From NCBI GenBank assembly GCA_035285865.1, contig JAYKHS010000026.1, positions 32,001 to 96,000 of the forward strand: a DNA stretch of 64,000 bases, given 5' to 3'. The first letter of the stretch is position 1, and the number at the start of each line of letters is the position of its first letter. The notes beneath the pieces were generated by a model. The model was not told the DNA's origin and did no database searches. It saw nothing but the letters and a program-made list of their open reading frames with translations. The position numbers and the translations under genes are program-made. Below, one piece after another: positions 37,366 through 46,205 of this stretch. The DNA comes from Candidatus Sericytochromatia bacterium (GTDB taxonomy: Bacteria; Cyanobacteriota; Sericytochromatia; S15B-MN24; VGJW01).

Positions 37366-38927
37366 AGCGCCGCAGCGCGATGGCGATGGCGCTCGCGGTC
37401 GGCCTGGCACTGCCCCTTGCTGCTCCGGCGTGGGCCCAGGACCCCGCGGCAACCGGTGCCTTCCTGATCGAGCGTGGCTTTCTGCCCGGTGTGTGGGGGG
37501 GCAGTGCCGTCAGTCGTGCGCGGGTTTCCCGATACGATGCGGCGTGGATCCTGGCTGCATTCCTGGACCCTTCGGACCATGCCTTCATGGTCACGGCGTG
37601 GTCGGATGTTCCGCCGGGCTTCTGGGCCCTCGCGGCGGTCAACCGGGTGACGGCCAGGGAGCTGCTCGAGGCTGATGGCGCGCAGTTCTCCGGCACCCAG
37701 CCCATTTCTCGAGGGGCCTTCCTCGTCGCGCTCGAAAAGACCTTGCGGCTTCGCGCCGCGCCGCTGCCTGCCCCGCCCGACCGGCGCATCGTGTTGACGG
37801 ACATCCGCGGATTTCCGGGCCAGGAAGCCCTGCAACGTGCGGCGAACGATTGGCTGATCGTGACGTCCGGAGGGCCCATTCGACCGACCGAGGATTTGAC
37901 CCGTCAGGATGCGCTGCTCTGGGTCTATCGCGCCTCGGCTCTGGTGGATCCGGGGGTCGCTTCCCGGCTGGCCGACGAGATGCGCCCGCGCCCCACGCCC
38001 GAGCCAAGCGCCGAAGGACCGGACGTCGCGCCGACGCCGTTGGCCTCTCCCGTGCCTGTCCAGACTCTGCGGCCGCTACCGCGCCCCACGCCCCGGCCTG
38101 CCGACCCGCCGAGACCACGCCCGATCCGGTCCTCGCCTCCTGCCATGACGCCGCCCCCTTGGCTGGTGTTGCCCGTCCAGACTCCCACGCCGGAGATCGA
38201 TGTTCCGGAACCCGAGTTGGCGACGCCTGCTCCGATGCAGACCCCCGAACCCGTGGTGACGGCGGTGCCTCAGCAGGTCCGCGCGACGTCAGGCCCCTCG
38301 GGGCAGCGCTGGTCCTTGCCCATGCTCGACTGGTCTCGGCGCCAGGGGCGGGCGTGGGGCGTTGCCGGACTGGTCGTGGGGATGGGAGACGGCAGAACCT
38401 TTCGGGACACCAGTTTCTATGTCCCGGGGGGGCTGGACCTCGGCCTGTCGCTTGCTGTTCCCGGCTGGGCACTGGAGGCCCGTGGCCTAGGCCGTTGGTT
38501 CCCGGGTGCGGAGGGCTCCCTGACCCAGGTCGGCCTTGCGGGTGACGTGTTCTGGCAGCCGGCGGCAACCGGTTCGTTGACCTGGGGCGTCGGTCTGGGC
38601 ACCGATCTCGGACTGCAATTGGCTTCGGGCACGACGGATCCGGAGGCGGGACGAACCTTCATCGGCGCGGGACCTTCCGGAGTGGTCCGGACTGCACTGG
38701 GCCCGGCCCACGGCTGGGCGCTGGCTCGGAGCCAGGTCGGTCTGGGCGTGGCGACATCCACGGGCCCGGCGTTCGGTATCGGGGGCGAACTTGGGGCAGC
38801 CTGGCCGAATCCCGGTGGCCTTCCCGTTGATTTGACACTGACCTGGCGGTTGCAGGCTGTCCTGCGCAGCAGCGGCTCCCGTGACATCGTTCAGGGATTG
38901 GGCTTGGGCGTCGGCAGGAGTTTCTGA
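37362..38927 (+). CDS. SLH-domain protein with Pro-rich linker and putative C-terminal beta-barrel
   Basis: Signal peptide; SDVPPGFWA...ISRGAF and ...LTRQDA SLH motifs; Gly/aromatic alternating strands ending GLGVGRSF. Confidence 0.75.
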   Translation: MKRRSAMAMALAVGLALPLAAPAWAQDPAATGAFLIERGFLPGVWGGSAVSRARVSRYDAAWILAAFLDPSDHAFMVTAWSDVPPGFWALAAVNRVTARELLEADGAQFSGTQPISRGAFLVALEKTLRLRAAPLPAPPDRRIVLTDIRGFPGQEALQRAANDWLIVTSGGPIRPTEDLTRQDALLWVYRASALVDPGVASRLADEMRPRPTPEPSAEGPDVAPTPLASPVPVQTLRPLPRPTPRPADPPRPRPIRSSPPAMTPPPWLVLPVQTPTPEIDVPEPELATPAPMQTPEPVVTAVPQQVRATSGPSGQRWSLPMLDWSRRQGRAWGVAGLVVGMGDGRTFRDTSFYVPGGLDLGLSLAVPGWALEARGLGRWFPGAEGSLTQVGLAGDVFWQPAATGSLTWGVGLGTDLGLQLASGTTDPEAGRTFIGAGPSGVVRTALGPAHGWALARSQVGLGVATSTGPAFGIGGELGAAWPNPGGLPVDLTLTWRLQAVLRSSGSRDIVQGLGLGVGRSF

Positions 38928-39716
38928 GTGATTCATGCAATCCTTCTGGGCGTGCTCGGTGGCCTGAGCCTGGCACTGACGGGCATCGCCGCGGCCGGTC
39001 CCAGTCTCGTCGCCAATCGCATGGCCGTGACCATGACGCGCTCGCTCGAGGGCACCCCGCTGGCCTTCGACTCAGTGTCCTGGACCCCCAGGGCCGCCAC
39101 CCATGCCTCGTGGGGCGAGGTAGGCGACTTGTCAGGCGCGTTGCAGATCCAGGGTGCGCCGTTGCCTGTCGCACCCATCGCGTGGAGACTGGCTGGCATT
39201 CGGGTGGAGCCTCTGTCCCTTTTCGGCACGCCGGTGCTGTCTGTTCCGGCACGCCTCGGCCTCGACATCCAGGTTCGCGATGCCGAACTCGCTCCTGCCG
39301 TCCGTGGGCTGCTGCCGACCCTGCTGAGAGACCAGCTGCCTCTGCCGGCTGGCATCAACCCCGAGATCGGCTTGCGGAGCCTTCAGTTTGCCCAGGGTCG
39401 GATTGAGGCCGTGCTCTCGGTCAGGGTCCCCTTGATGGGTGGCATGGCTCTGCCCATCCAGGCAAGCCTGCGGCCCGTTCTGCTGCCGGATGGGGTTCTG
39501 GCGATAGAGGATGTTTCCGTGCGGATGATGGGTCAGGAGCTGGGTCGTCGTCTGCCCGTACCCGCGCGCATTGACTTCGCGGCTTATCTGCCCCCGGAGA
39601 TCACGGATGCAGGTGTTGCCGAACTGACCGTTGCCGAGGGAGTCTTCACCCTCAGGATCAGGGCCAACGTGCGCCAGATTCCGGCGCGTTCCAGGGCGGT
39701 CGAGCCGGCCTTGTAG
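38928..39716 (+). CDS. hypothetical membrane-anchored protein (LmeA/DUF2993-like, tentative)
   Basis: N-terminal TM, beta-rich body, C-terminal LTVAEGVFTLRI. Confidence 0.55.
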   Translation: MIHAILLGVLGGLSLALTGIAAAGPSLVANRMAVTMTRSLEGTPLAFDSVSWTPRAATHASWGEVGDLSGALQIQGAPLPVAPIAWRLAGIRVEPLSLFGTPVLSVPARLGLDIQVRDAELAPAVRGLLPTLLRDQLPLPAGINPEIGLRSLQFAQGRIEAVLSVRVPLMGGMALPIQASLRPVLLPDGVLAIEDVSVRMMGQELGRRLPVPARIDFAAYLPPEITDAGVAELTVAEGVFTLRIRANVRQIPARSRAVEPAL

Positions 39717-39746
39717 GCGCGTAGTTCCTGAGGCACTTTCCGATTC

Positions 39747-40334
39747 GTGAAGGACGGATGGTTTCTGATGTTCACGGGCGTGGAGTGTTTGCCGGCACGG
39801 GGCCCCGGGCTGTTGGTCGCAAACCACCGCAGTCCGCTCGATCTCCTCTGGCTGCGGCATGCCTGTCCGCGGCCGCTGCACGTCGTCACGGCGTCGTGGC
39901 TGCGGATTTTCGGCATCGCGTGCTGGGGACCGGCGATCGGCCTTCATCCGCTGCCGTGGGGAGCCAGCCGACGGGACCTCGTGGAATTGGTGCTGCCCCT
40001 CTGGGCGCAGGGCGCCCTGGTGTTGGTCTTCCCTGAAGGCATGCAGGGCGTGCTGCAGCCTGCGCCGCCCGGGAGCATCGGTCGCTGTCGCGGGGGTGCA
40101 GGGGCTCTGGTGCGCGAAGCGCGGCGTCTCGGTCTTGCCGTGCCGGTGGTGGTGGCTTACGTGCAGGCAGGTCGACTGTGGTGCGGACTTGCCTTGCCAC
40201 CCGTGCAGGTCGCCTTCCGGCGATCCGACGCAACCACCGAGGTCCGTGGCCAGACGGGCGACGACCGGATGACCGAACACCTGCGCAAGGGGATCCTCGG
40301 CTGTGCCGCAGCGGCCATGGCGGACGCGGCGTAG
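39747..40334 (+). CDS. lysophospholipid acyltransferase (PlsC-like)
   Basis: VANHRSPLD (HX4D) and VFPEG motifs. Confidence 0.75.
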   Translation: MKDGWFLMFTGVECLPARGPGLLVANHRSPLDLLWLRHACPRPLHVVTASWLRIFGIACWGPAIGLHPLPWGASRRDLVELVLPLWAQGALVLVFPEGMQGVLQPAPPGSIGRCRGGAGALVREARRLGLAVPVVVAYVQAGRLWCGLALPPVQVAFRRSDATTEVRGQTGDDRMTEHLRKGILGCAAAAMADAA

Positions 40335-40341
40335 GGCCGAC

Positions 40342-41643
40342 CTACAGTTTCCAGGGCACCTTCTTGCCGTCCAGCCGCGTCAAGACGGGGTTGCCGTCGC
40401 TGTCGCTGGAGATGTCCGCGAGCTTGCCGCCAGGGACGAGACTTCCCTTGTCGTCGACCAGAACGACCTCGCCCGTGAGTTCCGACGTGCCCGGCAGGTT
40501 GCGTGCCAGCTGTGCGGCGTAGTCGTAGCGCATGGTCACCTTGAAGCCGTAGCGCCCCGTCTGGGGGACCTTCAGGAAGGTCAGGCGGGACTGGGCGCCT
40601 TGCAGGTCGAATTCGAGGGTCTCGCGAATCTCTCCTGCCTGGCCCGTGGTGGTGGCCGCAGCGGTGGGCGTGCAACCGTCTGCGGTGTCGCAGTCCCGAA
40701 GCCAGCCCTCGATCATCAGGGTCATTCGGTCGAGATCCGCTTTCGCCGCAAGGTCGAAAGCCAGCGTCCGACCACCGGTGGTCGGCTGGCTGAGCCTCCC
40801 GGCCACCGAGACGGCGCCGGGCAGTTGTACGGCGGGTGCGTCCTTGAGGAAGGGCACCTGATAGGGTGCAAAGGCGCTCTGGTCGACCGTGACTTCGGCC
40901 ACGGCGGAACCGTCTTTGCGGAGGACCACTTCCTCGATCTTGCGCGTCGTGGCAGCCGGCCGCGCGTGAACGCCCAGGATCAGCGCGGGACGCTTGGTCG
41001 TGTCCGCCGTCCAACCGGTGCCGGACAGCGTCAACTTGTGCTCGCCCGTGACCACGACCGAGGATGATCCGAGGTCGACGGACGCGGTGGCGTAGTCGAG
41101 CAGATCTTCATAGGTCTCGACGGCAGCCGCGACGCGACGCAGGCGCTTCGTCGCGACGAATCCCGTGCCGGCGAGTTCGGCCTCGTGGGTCGTGCCCTCG
41201 GCTGGCAGGGCTGAGGAGGAGCTGTCAGCGGACATCGCGATGTCCGCGGGGAAGGGCAGGAAGCCGAACCGTTCGTGGACGCCGTTCAGGGCAACGGCCT
41301 GCACGCGACGGTTGTTGCCCATGGGCATCGTGAAGTTGTTGCCCATGGGCATCGTGAAGTTGTTGCCCATGGGCATCGTGAAGTTGTTGCCCATGGGCAT
41401 CGTGAAGTTGTTGCCCATGGGCATCGTGAAGTTCGACGCCGAGTTAACGTCCTGGAAGGCAGATAGCGCTCGATCGGCTTCCTGCGCCTTGTCCATGCTC
41501 TCGGTACTGAGCTGCGGCAAGGTGTAGCTGACCGAGCGCAACGATGTGGTCAGGGCAGTCGAGGACTCTGCCCCGGTGTTCGCAGCGCAGGCCGCAAGCA
41601 GCAGGGAGCCGATGCCGACGATGACGCGACGGGTCGGTGTCAC
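40342..41643 (-). CDS. lipoprotein with NFTMPMGN octapeptide repeats
   Basis: SD AAAGGAG, GTG start, lipobox LLAAC, five perfect repeats. Confidence 0.85.
   Translation of the reverse strand: MTPTRRVIVGIGSLLLAACAANTGAESSTALTTSLRSVSYTLPQLSTESMDKAQEADRALSAFQDVNSASNFTMPMGNNFTMPMGNNFTMPMGNNFTMPMGNNFTMPMGNNRRVQAVALNGVHERFGFLPFPADIAMSADSSSSALPAEGTTHEAELAGTGFVATKRLRRVAAAVETYEDLLDYATASVDLGSSSVVVTGEHKLTLSGTGWTADTTKRPALILGVHARPAATTRKIEEVVLRKDGSAVAEVTVDQSAFAPYQVPFLKDAPAVQLPGAVSVAGRLSQPTTGGRTLAFDLAAKADLDRMTLMIEGWLRDCDTADGCTPTAAATTTGQAGEIRETLEFDLQGAQSRLTFLKVPQTGRYGFKVTMRYDYAAQLARNLPGTSELTGEVVLVDDKGSLVPGGKLADISSDSDGNPVLTRLDGKKVPWKL
41311..41433. repeat. perfect tandem repeat, 5 x 24 bp plus 3 nt
   Basis: Unit GTTGTTGCCCATGGGCATCGTGAA at 41311, 41335, 41359, 41383, 41407; no spacers. 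Confidence 0.97.
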
Positions 41644-42608
41644 GGAAGGCTCCTTTCGTGGGACAGGGCCACAGTTGCATGATACCCAACGGACAGGGCC
41701 CGCGGTGGGCTTTCAGGTGCTGCATGCGATGCTTCCTCGTTGACGAGGGCGAGGACGCTGCGGCCGACGGCGCCGAGCGTCCCAGCGTCCAGCCGGCTGA
41801 CGGCATCGTCGTGGGTATGCCATGCCGGGTCTGCGACATCTACGAGGTCGACGGCCGCGTGGCCAGCTTCGATGAAGGGCGTGTGATCATCGATGAGTTC
41901 GGGCCCGGGCATGCGGCTGAACCAAGGCGCGGCTCCCACCGTTCCAGCCAGATGCCAAAGCCGGTCGACGAGCCAGGGTGCCGCCCGCATCGAGGCCGCC
42001 TCGGGCCTGAAGCGCACGTCTGCACGGCCGACCATGTCCACCACGAGAACCCATCGCGGACCGGGCGCGGCCAGCGTCCGAACCCAGGCACGACTGCCCT
42101 GGGCGTAGCCCTCGGGCGCGCGCCCAAGGTCCTCTGCATCCACGAAGACCGTTGCCACCGACAGGTCGCGGGGCAGCAGGGGAAGCAACTCAAGCAGCAC
42201 CGCCACACCCGATGCGCCGTCGTTGGCTCCGGGTCCGGGCAGTCCTCTTCTTTCCATGAGGGGATCGCGATCGCACCATGGCCGGGTATCCCAGTGGGCC
42301 ACGAGGACGACGGCAGGCGGCCCATCCGGGCCCGTGTGGCCTGCAAGATTGACGCAGGGCACGTCACGCCCTTCCAGCGATGCCGTGAACGGCTGTTCGG
42401 CGAGCCGTGCGCCCCGGGCTCGGATCTGGGCACGTAGCCAAGTCGCAGCGCGAGCGTGGGCGGTTGTTCCCGGGACCCGCGGGCCATGGCTCACCAGCGC
42501 TTCGGCCAGGGCCAACGCCTTGCGTCCGGAGAACTCCCGGGGTGCGTGCCGGATGCGTTCGGCGTTTGCTCCGCCCGTCGCGAGCAGGAGGGCGAGGAGG
42601 ATCCTCAG
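41640..42608 (-). CDS. M28 family Zn peptidase / glutaminyl-cyclase-like
   Basis: AHWDTRP, GANDGASG, DAED, DMVG, DDH, WHT. Start placed at CTG 42608 (first canonical start is TTG 42515). Confidence 0.88.
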   Translation of the reverse strand: MRILLALLLATGGANAERIRHAPREFSGRKALALAEALVSHGPRVPGTTAHARAATWLRAQIRARGARLAEQPFTASLEGRDVPCVNLAGHTGPDGPPAVVLVAHWDTRPWCDRDPLMERRGLPGPGANDGASGVAVLLELLPLLPRDLSVATVFVDAEDLGRAPEGYAQGSRAWVRTLAAPGPRWVLVVDMVGRADVRFRPEAASMRAAPWLVDRLWHLAGTVGAAPWFSRMPGPELIDDHTPFIEAGHAAVDLVDVADPAWHTHDDAVSRLDAGTLGAVGRSVLALVNEEASHAAPESPPRALSVGYHATVALSHERSLP

Positions 42609-43630
42609 ACGCCCTCCAGCAACGCCATCACGGTGTCCTTGTCGCCCTCGGCGACGGCCTCTGCCAGTGCCTCTCGGACCACCCCGAGGCTGGCGGCGCG
42701 TTCGACGAGCGGTAGGGACAGGACGCCGCAGGCTACCATCAGCTTGCGGGCGCAGGCTGCCGCGTCTGGCCAGTCCTGGCCACGGATGCCCGCCAGCAAC
42801 GGTGCCACGAGGCGACTGGGCTCCGTCGCGACCATCGACAGGGCGGCCACGAGGTCTTCGTGTCCTACGAACAGCGCGGCAAGGCCTGCGTCGAGGCTGG
42901 TCTCCCCGGACGCCATGGTGCTGCGCGCCTGCCGCACGCGGCCGATCCAGCGCACGGCCTGCCCGGTCGTGCCGTGTGCCAAGGCCCCTGAGAGCACGAA
43001 GGCCGATCGCGCCAGAGCGAGTGCGCCTTCGGGGTCCTCATCCTCGAACAGGATGCGTCCCAGCGCCTCGCAGCTTTCGGGCAGGCCGAGGTCATGGTTC
43101 GGCAGGTCGGTATCCGGGATGCGTCCCATCTTGACGTGCGTCAAGATGGCGACGTCGGCCACGATGGTGCCCATGCGGCCGTGGCAGGCCGCGAAGCGAT
43201 GCGCCCGTGCGAGCTCGAGACACTCTCGGATCTGCACGGCCAGCTCGGTGATGCGGCCGCGAAGTTCGTCGAGGAGCCCTTCGGCGTCCTGCTCGAGCGG
43301 GCCGGCCAGCGAGAGGGCCTTGTCACGTTCGCCGCGATCGAGGGCCTCTGCCAAGGCCCGGGCGCCCTTCACCGCACGCGCGGCACGGTGGACGGACGGG
43401 TCGGACAGGATCAGGCACGCCTCCGTGAGCCCGATGCCGAGCGGCAGGGCCGTTCCGGGTTGTTCGGAGAGCACGCGGGGGCCCAACTGGTCCTGCCAGG
43501 CCTGCAAGGCCTTCAGTCGGCCGGCGACCAAGGGACGAAAGGGATCGGCCTCGGCAGCGATTCGTTCGAGCAGGCGGTGAACCCTGACGGCTCGTTCCGG
43601 GCCTAGCGTTTCGCGCCAACCGGCGTTCAC
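42605..43630 (-). CDS. hypothetical helical protein
   Basis: Coupled to neighbours by 4-nt overlaps; no recognised motif. Confidence 0.65.
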   Translation of the reverse strand: MNAGWRETLGPERAVRVHRLLERIAAEADPFRPLVAGRLKALQAWQDQLGPRVLSEQPGTALPLGIGLTEACLILSDPSVHRAARAVKGARALAEALDRGERDKALSLAGPLEQDAEGLLDELRGRITELAVQIRECLELARAHRFAACHGRMGTIVADVAILTHVKMGRIPDTDLPNHDLGLPESCEALGRILFEDEDPEGALALARSAFVLSGALAHGTTGQAVRWIGRVRQARSTMASGETSLDAGLAALFVGHEDLVAALSMVATEPSRLVAPLLAGIRGQDWPDAAACARKLMVACGVLSLPLVERAASLGVVREALAEAVAEGDKDTVMALLEGV

Positions 43631-46179
43631 GCGCCCGCCACCTGCCGCAGGGTCAGGACATCGCCCGGTCCCACCGTCCAGGGACCCGCCCCTGCACCCG
43701 AGGGGGTCTCATCCAGCCGACAGGCCACCCAGTCACCTGTGGACGGCCCCTGCCACGTCACGGGTCGTCCCGTCGGATTGTGGACTCGAACCACCGGGCC
43801 GTCGCCTTCTGTCGCCGGTTTGAGTGCCGAGAGACGTAGCCCCGACGGCAAGGGGTCGACGATCAGTGCCGCGGGCAAGGCCAGACCGGAGCAAAGTGGG
43901 GCGCGGACTCCTCCCGTGTGTTCGACGACAAGGCTGCTTCGCGCCCGATCGATGGCGCCCAGCGCCTGCCACCAGGCCGGGGTCTCGTCCGATCGTTTTT
44001 GCCAGCGCACGGCGACGCGGACCGTGGCAGGCCCCTCGCACTGCGCTTCGGGCGTACGGAAGGCCGGACCTGCGCCACCCCCCCGGGTTCTCAGGTCATC
44101 CCGGGAAAGCCAGCCGACGGCCCGAAGCAAGGTCAGCGCGATTGAACGTCCCCCTTCCACGATCTCGGCTTCGGCAAGGCCACGTGCCACAACCTGTGCG
44201 CCGACGCCGGGTGCCTCCACCGCGACCCAGCCCAGGTGGGGGAATGTGGGCGGGATGGCCTCGGCTAGCGGGGCCACGGGCAGCTCCCCCAGACCGCGTC
44301 CCGGCTTGCGCGGTACCGCACCGAACGCCGTTTCGGACCACCAGGCCTCCGCGCGTGGGAGACCCGTATCCACGATCATGCGAAGCCGGTGGTCGTGGCT
44401 GAAGTTCTCCCACCGAGTCTCGAGTTGCAGGGTGTCCTCGCCTGCCGTCAGCCGCAGGATGGTCGTCAAGTCGGTCTGGATGGCGGCCACGGTCCTTCCC
44501 TTGCGGTCCGGGGTCACGCCGACGGGTATGCGGATACGGTGGACGAGGCGCACCACGGCCTCGGCGTCGCAAGTCGCCGTCACTTCGTAGTCCACCATCG
44601 AGGACTGGATCAGACGGTCCTGCTCGGGCGGGGAGTAGGTGTAAGTATCACCCGCATCGCCGCCGTCCAAGAACCGGAAGAGGTCGACGACGGTCAAGGC
44701 GAGGCCGTGGTGGCGAACCTCGCAGCGACCTTCCGTGATCGTGATGCGGATCAGGCCGTTGTCCGCACCTTCCGGCCAGGTCTCGACCGCGGGAGTGGGC
44801 GCGGAAATAGGCGACGGACCGGCCGCGGCTCGGACGTGCAGGGGATGGCCGACGGACCACCCGGGCAGGTAAGCCATGACGGCGAAGCGTGTGACGGGCA
44901 GCGTGTCGGGATGGACATCGATGTCACAGATGAAGTGGCGATCGCCCTCGCGAGAGAGCGGCAGGGTCGCCACCCCCTCGAGGTGGATCTCATCGGGTGC
45001 TGTTTCCGGTGCCGTCGGCCACAGGAATTCCAGACGGTGCCAACCGGCCTTGGGCGAGAGGGACGGGTCGTGGATCATCAGGCCCGGTTCCCGTTCAGCC
45101 GGCGCAAAGGTTCGGAGGATGCGGGAGGTCAGCTCGTTGCCCAGGCTGCGCGCCTGGCTGGTCCTTGCATCCATCTCGCGATGGACCGCATCCACCGAGC
45201 AGCCGCAGATGCTGTCATGTGGATGGTTCTTGAGGATGAGCTCCCAGCCCTCGGCCCAGAATCCCGGTGCCACCGGCTTTCCGCCGCGCGCCGCGAGGGT
45301 AAGGAGCGGTTCCACGGTTCGCTCCCACTGGTCTTCGAGGGCAGCGTTGGCCTGCTTCAGGTAGGTGCGGGTGCTGGCCACGTCCGGCAGCAGGTAGGCC
45401 CTGCCTTGATGGCGAAGTTCCCCGTGCACGACGGGAAGCTGCCCTCGGCCCGGTGCGGGCAAGGCTTCCTCGAGCAGGCCGAGTCGCGCGCCGACGGCGG
45501 CCACGCGCGCCGGCAGCGCGCCCGAAGGTGCCAAGTGGTCGCAGCCGGACAACAGCAGCAAGGGGCGGTCCCGATCAGACTGAGCGTCAAGGAACTTCGC
45601 GTGGGCTTCGTGCATGGCTTCTGCCGGGCTGTCGGACCAGAGATGGACGTTGCAGTAGCCCGTCGGCAGGAACAACGAGGCGAGACCGTCTCCGGACAGA
45701 TCCTCCCACCAGAAGTGGTCGTCCGGAGGGTCGACCCCGCGCCACATCAGGGCTCGGTCCATCCCGAACCCCCGCAGCACGAGCGGCAGTTGCGCCGGAT
45801 GGCCGAACTGGTCCGGCAGGTATCCGACGCCATTGCCCCGGGCGCCGAACCGACGCATCCGCGCCCGACCGAACATCAGGTTGCGAATCAGCGCCTCGCC
45901 GGACACCAGGAATTCATCCGGCAGAATGTACCAGGGCCCGATCGTCAGGCGTCCGGCCAGTACCTGAGCGCGGAGCCGCGTCTCGTCCTCGGGGTGGATC
46001 TCGAGGTGGTCGTCCAGCAGGACGGTCTGGCCATCGAGCAGGAAATGGGGCAGTTGCTCCGATTCCAGCAGATCAAGCACGCGTCGTACGGCATCCGCAA
46101 GCCTAAGGCGGTAACCTTGGAAGGTCCGGTACCACTCACGATCCCAGTGGGTGTGCGGGACGACGACGACGTCTGCCAT
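43627..46179 (-). CDS. glycoside hydrolase family 38 (alpha-mannosidase-like)
   Basis: PHTHWDREWY, LDGQ, GPWYILPDEFL, PDQFGH, HPHDSICGCSVD, LTLLRAVG. Confidence 0.95.
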   Translation of the reverse strand: MADVVVVPHTHWDREWYRTFQGYRLRLADAVRRVLDLLESEQLPHFLLDGQTVLLDDHLEIHPEDETRLRAQVLAGRLTIGPWYILPDEFLVSGEALIRNLMFGRARMRRFGARGNGVGYLPDQFGHPAQLPLVLRGFGMDRALMWRGVDPPDDHFWWEDLSGDGLASLFLPTGYCNVHLWSDSPAEAMHEAHAKFLDAQSDRDRPLLLLSGCDHLAPSGALPARVAAVGARLGLLEEALPAPGRGQLPVVHGELRHQGRAYLLPDVASTRTYLKQANAALEDQWERTVEPLLTLAARGGKPVAPGFWAEGWELILKNHPHDSICGCSVDAVHREMDARTSQARSLGNELTSRILRTFAPAEREPGLMIHDPSLSPKAGWHRLEFLWPTAPETAPDEIHLEGVATLPLSREGDRHFICDIDVHPDTLPVTRFAVMAYLPGWSVGHPLHVRAAAGPSPISAPTPAVETWPEGADNGLIRITITEGRCEVRHHGLALTVVDLFRFLDGGDAGDTYTYSPPEQDRLIQSSMVDYEVTATCDAEAVVRLVHRIRIPVGVTPDRKGRTVAAIQTDLTTILRLTAGEDTLQLETRWENFSHDHRLRMIVDTGLPRAEAWWSETAFGAVPRKPGRGLGELPVAPLAEAIPPTFPHLGWVAVEAPGVGAQVVARGLAEAEIVEGGRSIALTLLRAVGWLSRDDLRTRGGGAGPAFRTPEAQCEGPATVRVAVRWQKRSDETPAWWQALGAIDRARSSLVVEHTGGVRAPLCSGLALPAALIVDPLPSGLRLSALKPATEGDGPVVRVHNPTGRPVTWQGPSTGDWVACRLDETPSGAGAGPWTVGPGDVLTLRQVAGA

Positions 46180-46205
46180 GTCCGCATCATAACCCGTCCG
46201 AGGGC

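Noticed and set aside
39747..40334. PlsC-like gene as a pseudogene
   Set aside because: Short N-terminus, but HX4D and FPEG motifs are intact and no frameshift is evident.
41311..41433. 24-bp palindromic repeats as a CRISPR array
   Set aside because: Units are contiguous with no spacers, lie in frame in a CDS, and no cas genes are present.
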